Source of the DNA: Eledone cirrhosa | Lineage: Eukaryota | DNA: 64,000 nt | Direction: 5' to 3' | NCBI GenBank assembly: GCA_964016885.1 | Contig: OZ024740.1 | Location: 316,510,001-316,574,000, forward strand | Shown: piece after piece, positions 29,301-46,600 of the stretch | Position numbering within the stretch: position 1 is the stretch's first letter | Layout of the letters: each line of letters opens with the position of its first letter | The notes under the pieces: generated by a model | Seen by the model: the letters and a program-made list of their open reading frames with translations, nothing else | Database searches by the model: none | Told to the model about the DNA's origin: nothing | Position numbers and translations under genes: made by a program

Positions 29301-31760
29301 TACTACCATCATATATAGAACTATATTAAACTATTGGACACTACTACCATCATATATAGAACTATATTAAACTTTTGGACACTACTACCATCATATATAG
29401 AACTATATGAAACTATTGGACACTACTACCATCATATATAGAACTATATTAAACTGTTGGACACTGCTATCATCATATATAGAACTATATTACATTGTTG
29501 GACACTACTACCATCATATATAGAACTATATTAAACTATTGGACACTACTACCATCATATATAGAACTATAGTAAACTATTGGAAACTACTACCATCATC
29601 TATAGAACTATATTAAACTATTGGACACTACTACCATCATATATAGAACTATATTAAACTATTGGACACTACTACCATCATATATAGAACCATATTAAAC
29701 TATTGGACACTACTACCATCATATATAGAACTATATTAAACTATTGGACACTACTACCATCATATATAAAACTATATTAAACTATTTTCCCACCTCTTTC
29801 TGTTTCAACCAACCATAACTGGCCACTCATACTGATTAATTTATGGTTCTCAAAATAAATAATATCAAAATCTCATAGATTCGATATTACGTCAGGTAAA
29901 GCCTTTATCATGAAAATATAATAGTAAATATAAAGTAATGTAAATACTAAAGTTTAAACTGTATTGAAACAACTACCATCATATATTAAACTGTTGGACA
30001 CTACGGCCATGATATATAGAACTATATTAAACTATTGGACAGTGCTACCATCATATATAGAACTATATTAAACTGTTGAACACTACTACCCTCATATATA
30101 GAACTATATTAAACTATTGGAGACTACTACCCTCATATATAGAACTATATTAAACTATTGGACACTACTATCATCATATATAGAACTATATTAAACTAGT
30201 GGACACAACTACCATCATATATAGAATCATATTAAACTATTGGACACTACTACCATCATATATAGAACTATATTAAACTATTGGACACTACTACCATCAT
30301 ATATAGAACCATATTAAACTATTGGACACTACTACCATCATATATAGAACTATATTAAACTATTGGACACTACTACCATCATATATAGAACTATAGTAAA
30401 CTATTGGAAACTACTACCATCATCTATAGAACTATATTAAACTATTGGACGCCACTAGCATCATATATAAAACTATATAAAACTATTTTCCCACCTCTTT
30501 CTGTTTCAACCAACCATAACTGGCCACTCATACTGATTAAGTTATGGTTCTCAAAATAAAAAATATCAAAATCTCATAGATTCGATATTATGTCAGGTAA
30601 AGCCTTTATCATGAAAATATAATTGTAAATATGAAGTAACGTAAATACTAAAGTTTAAACTGTATTGAAACAACTACCATCATATATTAAACTGTTGGAC
30701 ACTACGGCCATCATATATAGAACTATATTAAATTATTGGACACTACTACCATCATATATAGAACTATATTAAACTATTGGACACTACTACCATCATATAT
30801 TGAGCTATATTAAAATATTGAACACTACTACCATCATATATAGAACTATATTAAAATGTTGGACACTGCTACCATCATATATAGAACTATATTAAACTGT
30901 TGGACACTACTACCATCATATATGGAATTATATTAAACTATTGGACACTACTACCATCATATATAGAACTATATTAAACTATTGGACACTACTACCATCA
31001 TATATAGAACCATATTAAACTATTCGACACTACTACCATCATATATAGAACTATATTAAACTATTGGACACTACTACCATCATATATAGAACTATATTAA
31101 ACTTTTGGACACTACTACCATCATATATAGAACTATATTAAACTATTGGACACTACTACCATCATATATATAACTATTTTAAACTATTGGACACTACTAC
31201 CACCATATATAGAACTATATTAAACTATTGGACACTACTACCATCATATATAGAACTATATTAAACTTTTGGACACTACTACCATCATATATAGAACTAT
31301 ATTAAACTATTGGACACTACTACCATCATATATAGAACCATATTAAACTATTGGACACTACTACCATCATATATAGAACTATATTAAACTATTGGACACT
31401 ACTACCATCATATATAGAACTATTGGACACTACTACCATCATATATAGAACTATATTAAACTATTGGACACTACTGCCATCATATATAGAACTATATTAA
31501 ACTATTGGACATTGCTATCATCATATATAGAACTATATTAAACTATTTTCTCCCCTCTTTCTGTTTCAACCAACCATAACTGGCCACTCATACTGATTAA
31601 GGTATGGTTCTCAAAATAAATAATATCAAAATCTCATAGATTCGATAATATGTTAGGTAAAGCCTTTATCATGAAAATATAATAGTAAATATAAAGTAAT
31701 GTAAATACTAAAGTTTAAACTGTATTGAAACAACTACCATCATATATTAAACTGTTGGAC
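23365..31760 (+). repeat. Five-module higher-order duplication, period 4,315 bp; repeated at about 45900-54300
   Basis: Pairs 23373/27688, 24238/28553, 25472/29787, 26173/30488 and 27233/31548 are all offset by 4315, with markers CCGCCCC, AACATTTGG and CTAGTGG. Confidence 0.92.
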
Positions 31761-34430
31761 ACTACTACCATCATATATAGAACTATATTAAACTATTCGA
31801 CACTACTACCATCATATATAGAATCATATTAAACTATTGGACACTACTACCATCATATATAGAACTATATTAAACTATTGGACACTACTACCATCATATA
31901 TAGAATTATATTAAACTTTTGGACACTACTACCATCATATATAGAACTATATTAAACTATTGGACACTACTACCATCATATATAGAACTATATTAAACTT
32001 TTGGACAATACTACCATCATATATAGAACTATATTAAACTATTGGACACTACTACCATCATATATAAAACTATATTAAACTATTTTCCCACCTCTTTCTG
32101 TTTCAACCAACCATAACTGGCCACTCATACTGATTAATTTATGGTTCTCAAAATAAATAATATCAAAATCTCATACATTTGATATTACGTCAGGTAAAGC
32201 CTTTATCATGAAAATATAATAGTAAATATAAAGTAATGGAAATACTAAAGTTTAAACTGTATTGAAACAACTACCATCATATATTAAACTGTTGGACACT
32301 ACGGCCATCATATATAGAACTATATTAAATTATTGGACACTACTACCATCATATATAGAAGTATATTAAACTATTGGACACTACTACCATCATATATAGA
32401 ACTATATTAAAATATTGGACACTACTACCATCATATATAGAACTATATTAAACTGTTGGACACTGCTACCATCATATATAGAACTATAATAAACTATTGG
32501 ACACTACTACCATCATATATAGAACTATATTAAACTGTTGGAAACTACTACCATCATATATAGAACTATTTTAAAATATTGGACACTACTACCATCATAT
32601 ATAGAACTATATTAAACTGTTGGAAACTACTACCATCATATATGGAACTATATTAAACTATTGGACAGTGCTACCATCATATATAGAACTATATTAAACT
32701 ATTGGAGACTACTACCATCATATATAGAACCATATTAAACTATTGGACACTACTACCATCATATATAGAACTATATTAAACTATTGGACACTACTACCAT
32801 CATATATAGAACTATATTAAACTATTTTCTCCCCTCTTTCCGTTTCAACCAACCATAACTGGGCACTCATACTGATTAAGGTATGGTTCTCAAAATAAAT
32901 AATATCAAAATCTCATAGATTCGATAATATGTTAGGTAAAGCCTTTATCATGAAAATATAATAGTAAATATAAAGTAATGTAAATACTAAAGTTTAAACT
33001 GTATTGAAACAACTACCATCATATATTAAACTGTTGGACACTACTACCATCATATATAGAACTATATTAAACTATTGGACACTACTACCATCATATATAG
33101 AACTATATTAAACTATTCGACACTACTACCATCATATATAGAATCATATTAAACTATTGGACACTACTACCATCATATATAGAACTATATTAAACTATTG
33201 GAGACTACTACCATCATATATAGAATTATATTAAACTTTTGGACACTACTACCATCATATATAGAACTATATTAAACTATTGGACACTACTACCATCATA
33301 TATAGAACTATATTAAACTTTTGGACAATACTACCATCATATATAGAACTATATTAAACTATTGGACACTACTACCATCATATATAAAACTATATTAAAC
33401 TATTTTCCCACCTCTTTCTGTTTCAACCAACCATAACTGGCCACTCATACTGATTAATTTATGGTTCTCAAAATAAATAATATCAAAATCTCATACATTT
33501 GATATTACGTCAGGTAAAGCCTTTATCATGAAAATATAATAGTAAATATAAAGTAATGGAAATACTAAAGTTTAAACTGTATTGAAACAACTACCATCAT
33601 ATATTAAACTGTTGGACACTACGGCCATCATATATAGAACTATATTAAATTATTGGACACTACTACCATCATATATAGAAGTATATTAAACTATTGGACA
33701 CTACTACCATCATATATAGAACTATATTAAAATATTGGACACTACTACCATCATATATAGAACTATATTAAACTGTTGGACACTGCTACCATCATATATA
33801 GAACTATATTAAACTATTGGACACTACTACCATCATATATAGAACTATATTAAACTGTTGGAAACTACTACCATCATATATAGAACTATTTTAAAATATT
33901 GGACACTACTACCATCATATATAGAACTATATTAAACTGTTGGAAACTACTACCATCATATATGGAACTATATTAAACTATTGGACAGTGCTACCATCAT
34001 ATATAGAACTATATTAAACTATTGGAGACTACTACCATCATATATAGAACCATATTAAACTATTGGACACTACTACCATCATATATAGAACTATATTAAA
34101 CTATTGGACACTACTACCATCATATATAGAACTATATTAAACTATTTTCTCCCCTCTTTCCGTTTCAACCAACCATAACTGGGCACTCATACTGATTAAG
34201 GTATGGTTCTCAAAATAAATAATATCAAAATCTCATAGATTCGATAATATGTTAGGTAAAGCCTTTATCATGAAAATATAATAGTAAATATAAAGTAATG
34301 TAAATACTAAAGTTTAAACTGTATTGAAACAACTACCATCATATATTAAACTGTTGGACACTACTACCATCATATATAGAACTATATTAAACTATTGGAC
34401 ACTACTACCATCATATATAGAACTATATTA
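31760..34430 (+). repeat. Two-module tandem duplication, period 1,320 bp; repeated at about 54300-56970
   Basis: Pairs 32085/33405 and 32827/34147 are offset by 1320 (2x209 + 22x41), with markers TTTCCGTTT, TGGGCAC, TACATTTGAT and AATGGAA. Confidence 0.9.
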
Positions 34431-34640
34431 AACTATTGGACACTACTACCATCATATATAGAATCATATTAAACTATTGGACACAACTACCATCATATAT
34501 AGAACTATATTAAACTATTGGACACTACTACCATCATATATAGAACTATATTAAACTTTTGGACACTACTACCATCATATATAGAACTATATGAAACTAT
34601 TGGACACTACTACCATCATATATAGAACTATATTAAACTG

Positions 34641-37600
34641 TTGGACACTACTACCATCATATATAGAACTATATTAAACTATTGGACACTACTACCATCA
34701 TATATAGAACTATTTTAAACTATTGGACACTACTACCATCATATATAGAACTATATTAAACTATTGGACACTACTACCATCATATATAGAACTATATTAA
34801 ACTTTTGGACACTACTACCATCATATATAGAACTATATGAAACTATTGGACACTACTACCATCATATATAGAACTATATTAAACTGTTGGACACTGCTAT
34901 CATCATATATAGAACTATATTACATTGTTGGACACTACTACCATCATATATAGAACTATATTAAACTATTGGACACTACTACCATCATATATAGAACTAT
35001 AGTAAACTATTGGAAACTACTACCATCATCTATAGAACTATATTAAACTATTGGACACTACTACCATCATATATAGAACTATATTAAACTATTGGACACG
35101 ACTACCATCATATATAGAACCATATTAAACTATTGGACACTACTACCATCATATATAGAACTATATTAAACTATTGGACACTACTACCATCATATATAAA
35201 ACTATATGAAACTATTTTCCCACCTCTTTCTGTTTCAACCAACCATAACTGGCCACTCATACTGATTCATTTATGGTTCTCAAAATAAATAATATCAAAA
35301 TCTCATAGATTCGATATTACGTCAGGTAAAGCCTTTATCATGAAAATATAATAGTAAATATAAAGTAATGTAAATACTAAAGTTTAAACTGTATTGAAAC
35401 CACTACCATCATATATTAAACTGTTGGACACTACGGCCATGATATATAGAACTATATTAAACTATTGGACAGTGCTACCATCATATATAGAACTATATTA
35501 AACTGTTGGACACTACTACCATCATATATAGAACTATATTAAACTATTGGAGACTACTACCATCATATATAGAACTATATTAAACTATTGGACACTACTA
35601 CCATCATATATAGAACTATAGTAAACTATTGGAAACTACTACCATCATCTATAGAACTATATTAAACTATTGGACGCCACTAGCATCATATATAAAACTA
35701 TATAAAACTATTTTCCCACCTCTTTCTGTTTCAACCAACCATAACTGGCCACTCATACTGATTAAGGTATGGTTCTCAAAATAAATAATATCAAAATCTC
35801 ATAGAGTCGATATTATGTCAGGTAAAGCCTTTATGATGAAAATATAATTGTAAATATGAAGTAACGTAAATACTAAAGTTTAAACTGTATTGAAACAACT
35901 ACCATCATATTTTAAACTGTTGGACACTACGGCCATCATATATAGAACTATATTAAATTATTGGACACTACTACCATCATATATAGAACTATATTAAACT
36001 ATTGGACACTACTACCATCATATATTGAGCTATATTAAAATATTGAACACTACTACCATCATATATAGAACTATATTAAAATGTTGGACACTGCTACCAT
36101 CATATATAGAACTATATTAAACTGTTGGACACTACTACCATCATATATGGAATTATATTAAACTATTGGACACTACTACCATCATATATAGAACTATATT
36201 AAATTATTGGAAACTACTACCATCATCTATAGAACTATATTATACTATTCGACACTACTACCATCATATATAGAACTATATTAAACTGTTGGACACTACT
36301 ACCATCATATATAGAACTATATTAAACTATTGGACACTACTACCCTCATATATAGAACTATATTAAACTTTTGTACACTACTACCATCATATATAGAACT
36401 ATATTAAACTATTGGACACTACTACCATCATATATAGAACTATATTAAACTATTGGACACTACTACCATCATATATAGAACTATATTAAACTATTGGACA
36501 CTACTACCATCATATATAGAACTATTTTAAACTATTGGACACTACTACCATCATATATAGAACTATATTAAACTATTGGACACTACTACCATCATATATA
36601 GAACTATATTAAACTTTTGGACACTACTACCATCATATATAGAACTATATTAAACTATTGGACACTACTACCATCATATATAGAACTATTTTAAACTATT
36701 GGACACTACTACCATCATATATAGAACTATATTAAACTATTGGACACTACTACCATCATATATAGAACTATATTAAACTTTTGGACACTACTACCATCAT
36801 ATATAGAACTATATGAAACTATTGGACACTACTACCATCATATATAGAACTATATTAAACTGTTGGACACTGCTATCATCATATATAGAACTATATTACA
36901 TTGTTGGACACTACTACCATCATATATAGAACTATATTAAACTATTGGACACTACTACCATCATATATAGAACTATAGTAAACTATTGGAAACTACTACC
37001 ATCATCTATAGAACTATATTAAACTATTGGACACTACTACCATCATATATAGAACTATATTAAACTATTGGACACTACTACCATCATATATAGAACCATA
37101 TTAAACTATTGGACACTACTACCATCATATATAGACCTATATTAAACTATTGGACACTACTACCATCATATATAAAACTATATTAAACTATTTTCCCACC
37201 TCTTTCTGTTTCAACCAACCATAACTGGCCACTCATACTGATTAATTTATGGTTCTCAAAATAAATAATATCAAAATCTCATAGATTCGATATTACGTCA
37301 GGTAAAGCCTTTATCATGAAAATATAATAGTAAATATAAAGTAATGTAAATACTAAAGTTTAAACTGTATTGAAACAACTACCATCATATTTTAAACTGT
37401 TGGACACTACGGCCATCATATATAGAACTATATTAAATTATTGGACACTACTACCATCATATATAGAACTATATTAAACTATTGGACACTACTACCATCA
37501 TATATTGAGCTATATTAAAATATTGAACACTACTACCATCATATATAGAACTATATTAAAATGTTGGACACTGCTACCATCATATATAGAACTATATTAA

Positions 37601-40600
37601 ACTGTTGGACACTACTACCATCATATATGGAATTATATTAAACTATTGGACACTACTACCATCATATATAGAACTATATTAAATTATTGGAAACTACTAC
37701 CATCATCTATAGAACTATATTATACTATTCGACACTACTACCATCATATATAGAACTATATTAAACTGTTGGACACTACTACCATCATATATAGAACTAT
37801 ATTAAACTATTGGACACTACTACCCTCATATATAGAACTATATTAAACTTTTGTACACTACTACCATCATATATAGAACTATATTAAACTATTGGACACT
37901 ACTACCATCATATATAGAACTATATTAAACTATTGGACACTACTACCATCATATATAGAACTATATTAAACTATTGGACACTACTACCATCATATATAGA
38001 ACTATTTTAAACTATTGGACACTACTACCATCATATATAGAACTATATTAAACTATTGGACACTACTACCATCATATATAGAACTATATTAAACTTTTGG
38101 ACACTACTACCATCATATATAGAACTATATTAAACTATTGGACACTACTACCATCATATATAGAACTATTTTAAACTATTGGACACTACTACCATCATAT
38201 ATAGAACTATATTAAACTATTGGACACTACTACCATCATATATAGAACTATATTAAACTTTTGGACACTACTACCATCATATATAGAACTATATGAAACT
38301 ATTGGACACTACTACCATCATATATAGAACTATATTAAACTGTTGGACACTGCTATCATCATATATAGAACTATATTACATTGTTGGACACTACTACCAT
38401 CATATATAGAACTATATTAAACTATTGGACACTACTACCATCATATATAGAACTATAGTAAACTATTGGAAACTACTACCATCATCTATAGAACTATATT
38501 AAACTATTGGACACTACTACCATCATATATAGAACTATATTAAACTATTGGACACTACTACCATCATATATAGAACCATATTAAACTATTGGACACTACT
38601 ACCATCATATATAGACCTATATTAAACTATTGGACACTACTACCATCATATATAAAACTATATTAAACTATTTTCCCACCTCTTTCTGTTTCAACCAACC
38701 ATAACTGGCCACTCATACTGATTAATTTATGGTTCTCAAAATAAATAATATCAAAATCTCATAGATTCGATATTACGTCAGGTAAAGCCTTTATCATGAA
38801 AATATAATAGTAAATATAAAGTAATGTAAATACTAAAGTTTAAACTGTATTGAAACAACTACCATCATATATTAAACTGTTGGACACTACGGCCATGATA
38901 TATAGAACTATATTAAACTATTGGACAGTGCTACCATCATATATAGAACTATATTAAACTGTTGGACACTACTACCATCATATATAGAACTATATTAAAC
39001 TATTGGAGACTACTACCATCATATATAGAACTATATTAAACTATTGGACACTACTACCATCATATGTAGAACTATATTAAACTATTGGACACTGCTATCA
39101 TCATATATAGAACTATATTAAACTGTTGGACACTACTACCATCATATATAGAACTATATTAAACTATTGGACACTACTACCATCATATATAGAACTATAT
39201 TAAACTATTGGACACTACTATCATCATATATAGAACTATATTAAACTATTGGACACTACTACCATCATATATAGAACCATATTAAACTATTGGACACTAC
39301 TACCATCATATATAGAACTATATTAAACTATTGGACACTACTACCATCATATATAGAACCATATTAAACTATTGGACACTACTACCATCATATATAGAAC
39401 TATATTAAACTATTGGACACTACTACCATCATATATAGAACTATAGTAAACTATTGGAAACTACTACCATCATCTATAGAACTATATTAAACTATTGGAC
39501 GCCACTAGCATCATATATAAAACTATATAAAACTATTTTCCCACCTCTTTCTGTTTCAACCAACCATAACTGGCCACTCATACTGATTAAGTTATGGTTC
39601 TCAAAATAAAAAATATCAAAATCTCATAGATTCGATATTATGTCAGGTAAAGCCTTTATCATGAAAATATAATTGTAAATATGAAGTAACGTAAATACTA
39701 AAGTTTAAACTGTATTGAAACAACTACCATCATATATTAAACTGTTGGACACTATGGCCATCATATATAGAACTATATTAAATTATTGGACACTACTACC
39801 ATCATATATAGAACTATATTAAACTATTGGACACTACTACCATCATATATTGAGCTATATTAAAATATTGAACACTACTACCATCATATATAGAACTATA
39901 TTAAAATGTTGGACACTGCTACCATCATATATAGAACTATATTAAACTGTTGGACACTACTACCATCATATATGGAATTATATTAAACTATTGGACACTA
40001 CTACCATCATATATAGAACTATATTAAACTGTTGGACACTACTACCATCATATATAGAACTATATTAAACTATTGGAGACTACTACCATCATATATAGAA
40101 CTATATTAAACTGTTGGACACTACTACCATCATATATAGAACTATATTAAACTATTGGACACTACTACCATCATATATAGAACTATATTAAACTTTTGGA
40201 CACTACTACCATCATATATAGAACTATATTAAACTATTGGACACTACTACCATCATATATAGAACCATATTAAACTATTGGACACTACTACCATCATATA
40301 TAGAACTATATTAAACTATTGGACACTACTACCATCATATATAAAACTATATTAAACTATTTTCCCACCTCTTTCTGTTTCAACCAACCATAACTGGCCA
40401 CTCATACTGATTAATTTATGGTTCTCAAAATAAATAATATCAAAATCTCATAGATTCGATATTACGTCAGGTAAAGCCTTTATCATGAAAATATAATAGT
40501 AAATATAAAGTAATGTAAATACTAAAGTTTAAACTGTATTGAAACAACTACCATCATATATTAAACTGTTGGACACTACGGCCATGATATATAGAACTAT

Positions 40601-43600
40601 ATTAAACTATTGGACAGTGCTACCATCATATATAGAACTATATTAAACTGTTGAACACTACTACCCTCATATATAGAACTATATTAAACTATTGGAGACT
40701 ACTACCCTCATATATAGAACTATATTAAACTATTGGACACTACTATCATCATATATAGAACTATATTAAACTAGTGGACACAACTACCATCATATATAGA
40801 ACCATATTAAACTATTGGACACTACTACCATCATATATAGAACTATATTAAACTATTGGACACTACTACCATCATATATAGAACCATATTAAACTATTGG
40901 ACACTACTACCATCATATATAGAACTATATTAAACTATTGGACACTACTACCATCATATATAGAACTATAGTAAACTATTGGAAACTACTACGATCATCT
41001 ATAGAACTATATTAAACTATTGGACGCCACTAGCATCATATATAAAACTATATAAAACTATTTTCCCACCTCTTTCTGTTTCAACCAACCATAACTGGCC
41101 ACTCATACTGATTAAGTTATGGTTCTCAAAATAAAAAATATCAAAATCTCATAGATTCGATATTATGTCAGGTAAAGCCTTTATCATGAAAATATAATTG
41201 TAAATATGAAGTAACGTAAATACTAAAGTTTAAACTGTATTGAAACAACTACCATCATATATTAAACTGTTGGACACTACGGCCATCATATATAGAACTA
41301 TATTAAATTATTGGACACTACTACCATCATATATAGAACTATATTAAACTATTGGACACTACTACCATCATATATTGAGCTATATTAAAATATTGAACAC
41401 TACTACCATCATATATAGAACTATATTAAAATGTTGGACACTGCTACCATCATATATAGAACTATATTAAACTGTTGGACACTACTACCATCATATATGG
41501 AATTATATTAAACTATTGGACACTACTACCATCATATATAGAACTATATTAAACTGTTGGACACTACTACCATCATATATAGAACTATATTAAACTATTG
41601 GACACTACTACCATCATCTATAGAACTATATTAAACTATTGGACACTACTACCATCATATATATAACTATTTTAAACTATTGGACACTACTACCATCATA
41701 TATAGAACTATATTAAACTATTGGACACTACTACCATCATATGTAGAACTATATTAAACTATTCGACACTACTACCATCATATATAGAACTATATTAAAC
41801 TATTGGACACTACTACCATCATATGTAGAACTATATTAAACTATTGGACACTGCTATCATCATATATAGAACTATATTAAACTGTTGGACACTACTACCA
41901 TCATATATAGAACTATATTAAACTATTGGACACTACTACCATCATATATAGAACTATATTAAACAATTGGACACTACTATCATCATATATAGAACTATAT
42001 TAAACTATTGGACACTACTACCATCATATATAGAACCATATTAAACTATTGGACACTACTACCATCATATATAGAACTATATTAAACTATTGGACACTAC
42101 TACCATCATATATAGAACCATATTAAACTATTGGACACTACTACCATCATATATAGAACTATATTAAACTATTGGAGACTACTACCATCATATATAGAAC
42201 TATATTAAACTATTGGACACTACTACCATCATATATAGAACCATATTAAACTATTCGACACTACTACCATCATATATAGAACTATATTAAACTATTGGAC
42301 ACTACTACCATCATATATAGAACTATATTAAACTTTTGGACACTACTACCATCATATATAGAACTATATTAAACTATTGGACACTACTACCATCATATAT
42401 ATAACTATTTTAAACTATTGGACACTACTACCACCATATATAGAACTATATTAAACTATTGGACACTACTACCATCATATATAGAACTATATTAAACTTT
42501 TGGACACTACTACCATCATCTATATAACTATATTAAACTATTGGACACTACTACCATCATATATAGAACTATATTAAACTATTGGACACTACTACCATCA
42601 TACATAGAACCATATTAAACTATTGGACACAACTACCATTATATATAGAACTATATTAAACTATTGGACACTACTACCATCATATATAAAACTACATTAA
42701 ACTATTTTCCCACCTCTTTCTGTTTCAACCAACCATAACTGGCCACTCATACTGATTAATTTATGGTTCTCAAAATAAATAATATCAAAATCTCATAGAT
42801 TCGATATTACGTCAGGTAAAGCCTTTATCATGAAATTATAATAGTAAATATAAAGTAATGTAAATACTAAAGTTTAAACTGTATTGAAACAAGTACCATC
42901 ATATATTAAACTGTTGGACACTACGGCCATCATATATAGAACTATATTAAACTATTGGACAGTGCTACCATCATATATAGAACTATATTAAACTATTGGA
43001 CACTACTACCATCATATATAGAACTATATTAAACTATTGGACACTACTACCATCATATGTAGAACTATATTAAACTATTGGACACTGCTATAATCATATA
43101 TAGAACTATATTAAACTGTTGGACACTACTACCATCATATATAGAACTATATTAAACTATTAGACACTACTACCATCATATATAGAACTATATTAAACTA
43201 TTGGACACTACTATCATCATATATAGAACTATATTAAACTATTGGACACTACTACCATCATATATAGAACCATATTAAACTATTGGACACTACTACCATC
43301 ATATATAGAACTATATTAAACTATTGGACACTAATACCATCATATATAGAACCATATTAAACTATTGGACACTACTACCATCATATATAGAACTATATTA
43401 AACTATTGGACACTACTACCATGATATATAGAACTATAGTAAACTATTGGAAACTACTACCATCATCTATAGAACTATATTAAACTATTGGACACTACTA
43501 CCATCATATATAGAACTATATTAAACTATTGGACACTACTACCATCATATATAGAACTATATTAAACTATTGGACACTACTACCATCATATATAGAACTA

Positions 43601-46600
43601 TATTAAACTATTGGACACTACTACCATCATATATAAAACTATATTAAACTATTTTCCCACCTCTTTCTGTTTCAACCAACCATAACTGGCCACTCATACT
43701 CAGTAAGGTATGGTTCTCAAGATAAATAATAACAAAATCTCATAGATTCGATAATATGTTAGGTAAAGCCTTTATCATTCAAGTATAATAGTAAATATAA
43801 AATAATGTAAATACTAAAGTTTAAACTGTATTGAAACAACTACCATCATATATTAAACTGTTGGACACTACGGCCATCATATATAGAACTATATTAAATT
43901 ATTGGACACTACTACCATCATATATAGAACTATACTAAACTATTGGACACTACTACCATCATTTATAGAACTATATTAAAATATTGGACACTACTACCAT
44001 CATATATAGAACTATATTAAACTGTTGGACACTGCTACCATCATATATAGAACTATATTAAACTGTTGGACACTACTACCATCATATATGGAACTATATT
44101 AAACTATTGGACAGTGCTACCATCATATATAGAACTATATTAAACTATTGGAGACTACTACCATCATATATAGAACTATATTAAACTATTGGACACTACT
44201 ACCATAATATATAGAACTATATTAAACTGTTGGAAACTACTACCATCATATATAGAACTATATTAAACTATTGGACACTACTACAATCATATATAGAACT
44301 ATATTAAACTATTGGACACTACTACCATCATATATAGAACTATATTAAACTATTGGACACTACTACCATCATATATAGAACCATATTAAACTATTGTGCA
44401 CTACTACCATCATATATAGAACTATATTAAATTATTGGACACTACTACCATCATATATAGAACTATTGGACACTACTACCATCATATATAGAACTATATT
44501 AAACTATTGGACACTACTGCCATCATATATAGAACTATATTAAACTATTGGACATTGCTATCATCATATATAGAACTATATTAAACTATTTTCTCCCCTC
44601 TTTCTGTTTCAACCAACCATAACTGGCCACTCATACTGATTAAGGTATGGTTCTCAAAATAAATAATATCAAAATCTCATAGATTCGATAATATGTTAGG
44701 TAAAGCCTTTATCATGAAAATATAATAGTAAATATAAAGTAATGTAAATACTAAAGTTTAAACTGTATTGAAACAACTACCATCATATATTAAACTGTTG
44801 GACACTACTACCATCATATATAGAACTATATTAAACTATTCGACACTACTACCATCATATATAGAATCATATTAAACTATTGGACACTACTACCATCATA
44901 TATAGAACTATATTAAACTATTGGACACTACTACCATCATATATAGAACTATATTAAACTATTGGACACTACTACCATCATATATAGAACTATATTAAAC
45001 TTTTGGACACTACTACCAATATATATAGAACTATATTAAACTATTGGACACTACTACCATCATATATAGAACTATATTAAACATTTGGACAATACTACCA
45101 TCATATATAGAACTATATTAAACTATTGGACACTACTACCATCATATATAAAACTATATTAAACTATTTTCCCACCTCTTTCTGTTTCAACCAACCATAA
45201 CTGGCCACTCATACTGATTAATTTATGGTTCTCAAAATAAATAATATCAAAATCTCATACATTTGATATTACGTCAGGTAAAGCCTTTATCATGAAAATA
45301 TAATAGTAAATATAAAGTAATGGAAATACTAAAGTTTAAACTGTATTGAAACAACTACCATCATATATTAAACTGTTGGACACTACGGCCATCATATATA
45401 GAACTATATTAAATTATTGGACACTACTACCATCATATATAGAAGTATATTAAACTATTGGACACTACTACCATCATATATAGAACTATATTAAAATATT
45501 GGACACTACTACCATCATATATAGAACTATATTAAACTGTTGGACACTGCTACCATCATATATAGAACTATATTAAACTATTGGACACTACTACCATCAT
45601 ATATAGAACTATATTAAACTGTTGGAAACTACTACCATCATATATAGAACTATTTTAAAATATTGGACACTACTACCATCATATATAGAACTATATTAAA
45701 CTGTTGGAAACTACTACCATCATATATGGAACTATATTAAACTATTGGACAGTGCTACCATCATATATAGAACTATATTAAACTATTGGAGACTACTACC
45801 ATCATATATAGAACCATATTAAACTATTGGACACTACTACCATCATATATAGAACCATATTAAACTATTGGACACTACTACCATCATATATAGAACTATA
45901 TTAAACTATTTTCCCGCCCCTTTCTGTTTCAACCAACCATAACTGGCCACTCATACTGATTAATTTATGGTTCTCAAAATAAATAATATCAAAATCTCAT
46001 AGATTCGATATTACGTCAGGTAAAGCCTTTATCATGAAAATATAATAGTAAATATAAAGTAATGTAAATACTAAAGTTTAAACTGTATTGAAACAACTAC
46101 CATCATATATTAAACTGTTGGACACTACGGCCATGATATATAGAACTATATTAAACTATTGGACAGTGCTACCATCATATATAGAACTATATTAAACTGT
46201 TGGACACTACTACCATCATATATAGAACTATATTAAACTATTGGAGACTACTACCATCATATATAGAACTATATTAAACTATTGGACACTACTACCATCA
46301 TATGTAGAACTATATTAAACTATTGGACACTGCTATCATCATATATAGAACTATATTAAACTGTTGGACACTACTACCATCATATATAGAACTATATTAA
46401 ACTATTGGACACTACTACCATCATATATAGAACTATATTAAACTATTGGACACTACTATCATCATATATAGAACTATATTAAACTATTGGACACTACTAC
46501 CATCATATATAGAACCATATTAAACTATTGGACACTACTACCATCATATATAGAACCATATTAAACTATTGGACACTACTACCATCATATATAGAACCAT

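Larger units (their letters stand above)
12103..34592 (+). repeat. Copy 1 of a 22,538-bp tandem duplication (25 modules)
   Basis: Modules 12679 to 34147 each have a counterpart at +22,538 carrying the same private variants. Confidence 0.93.
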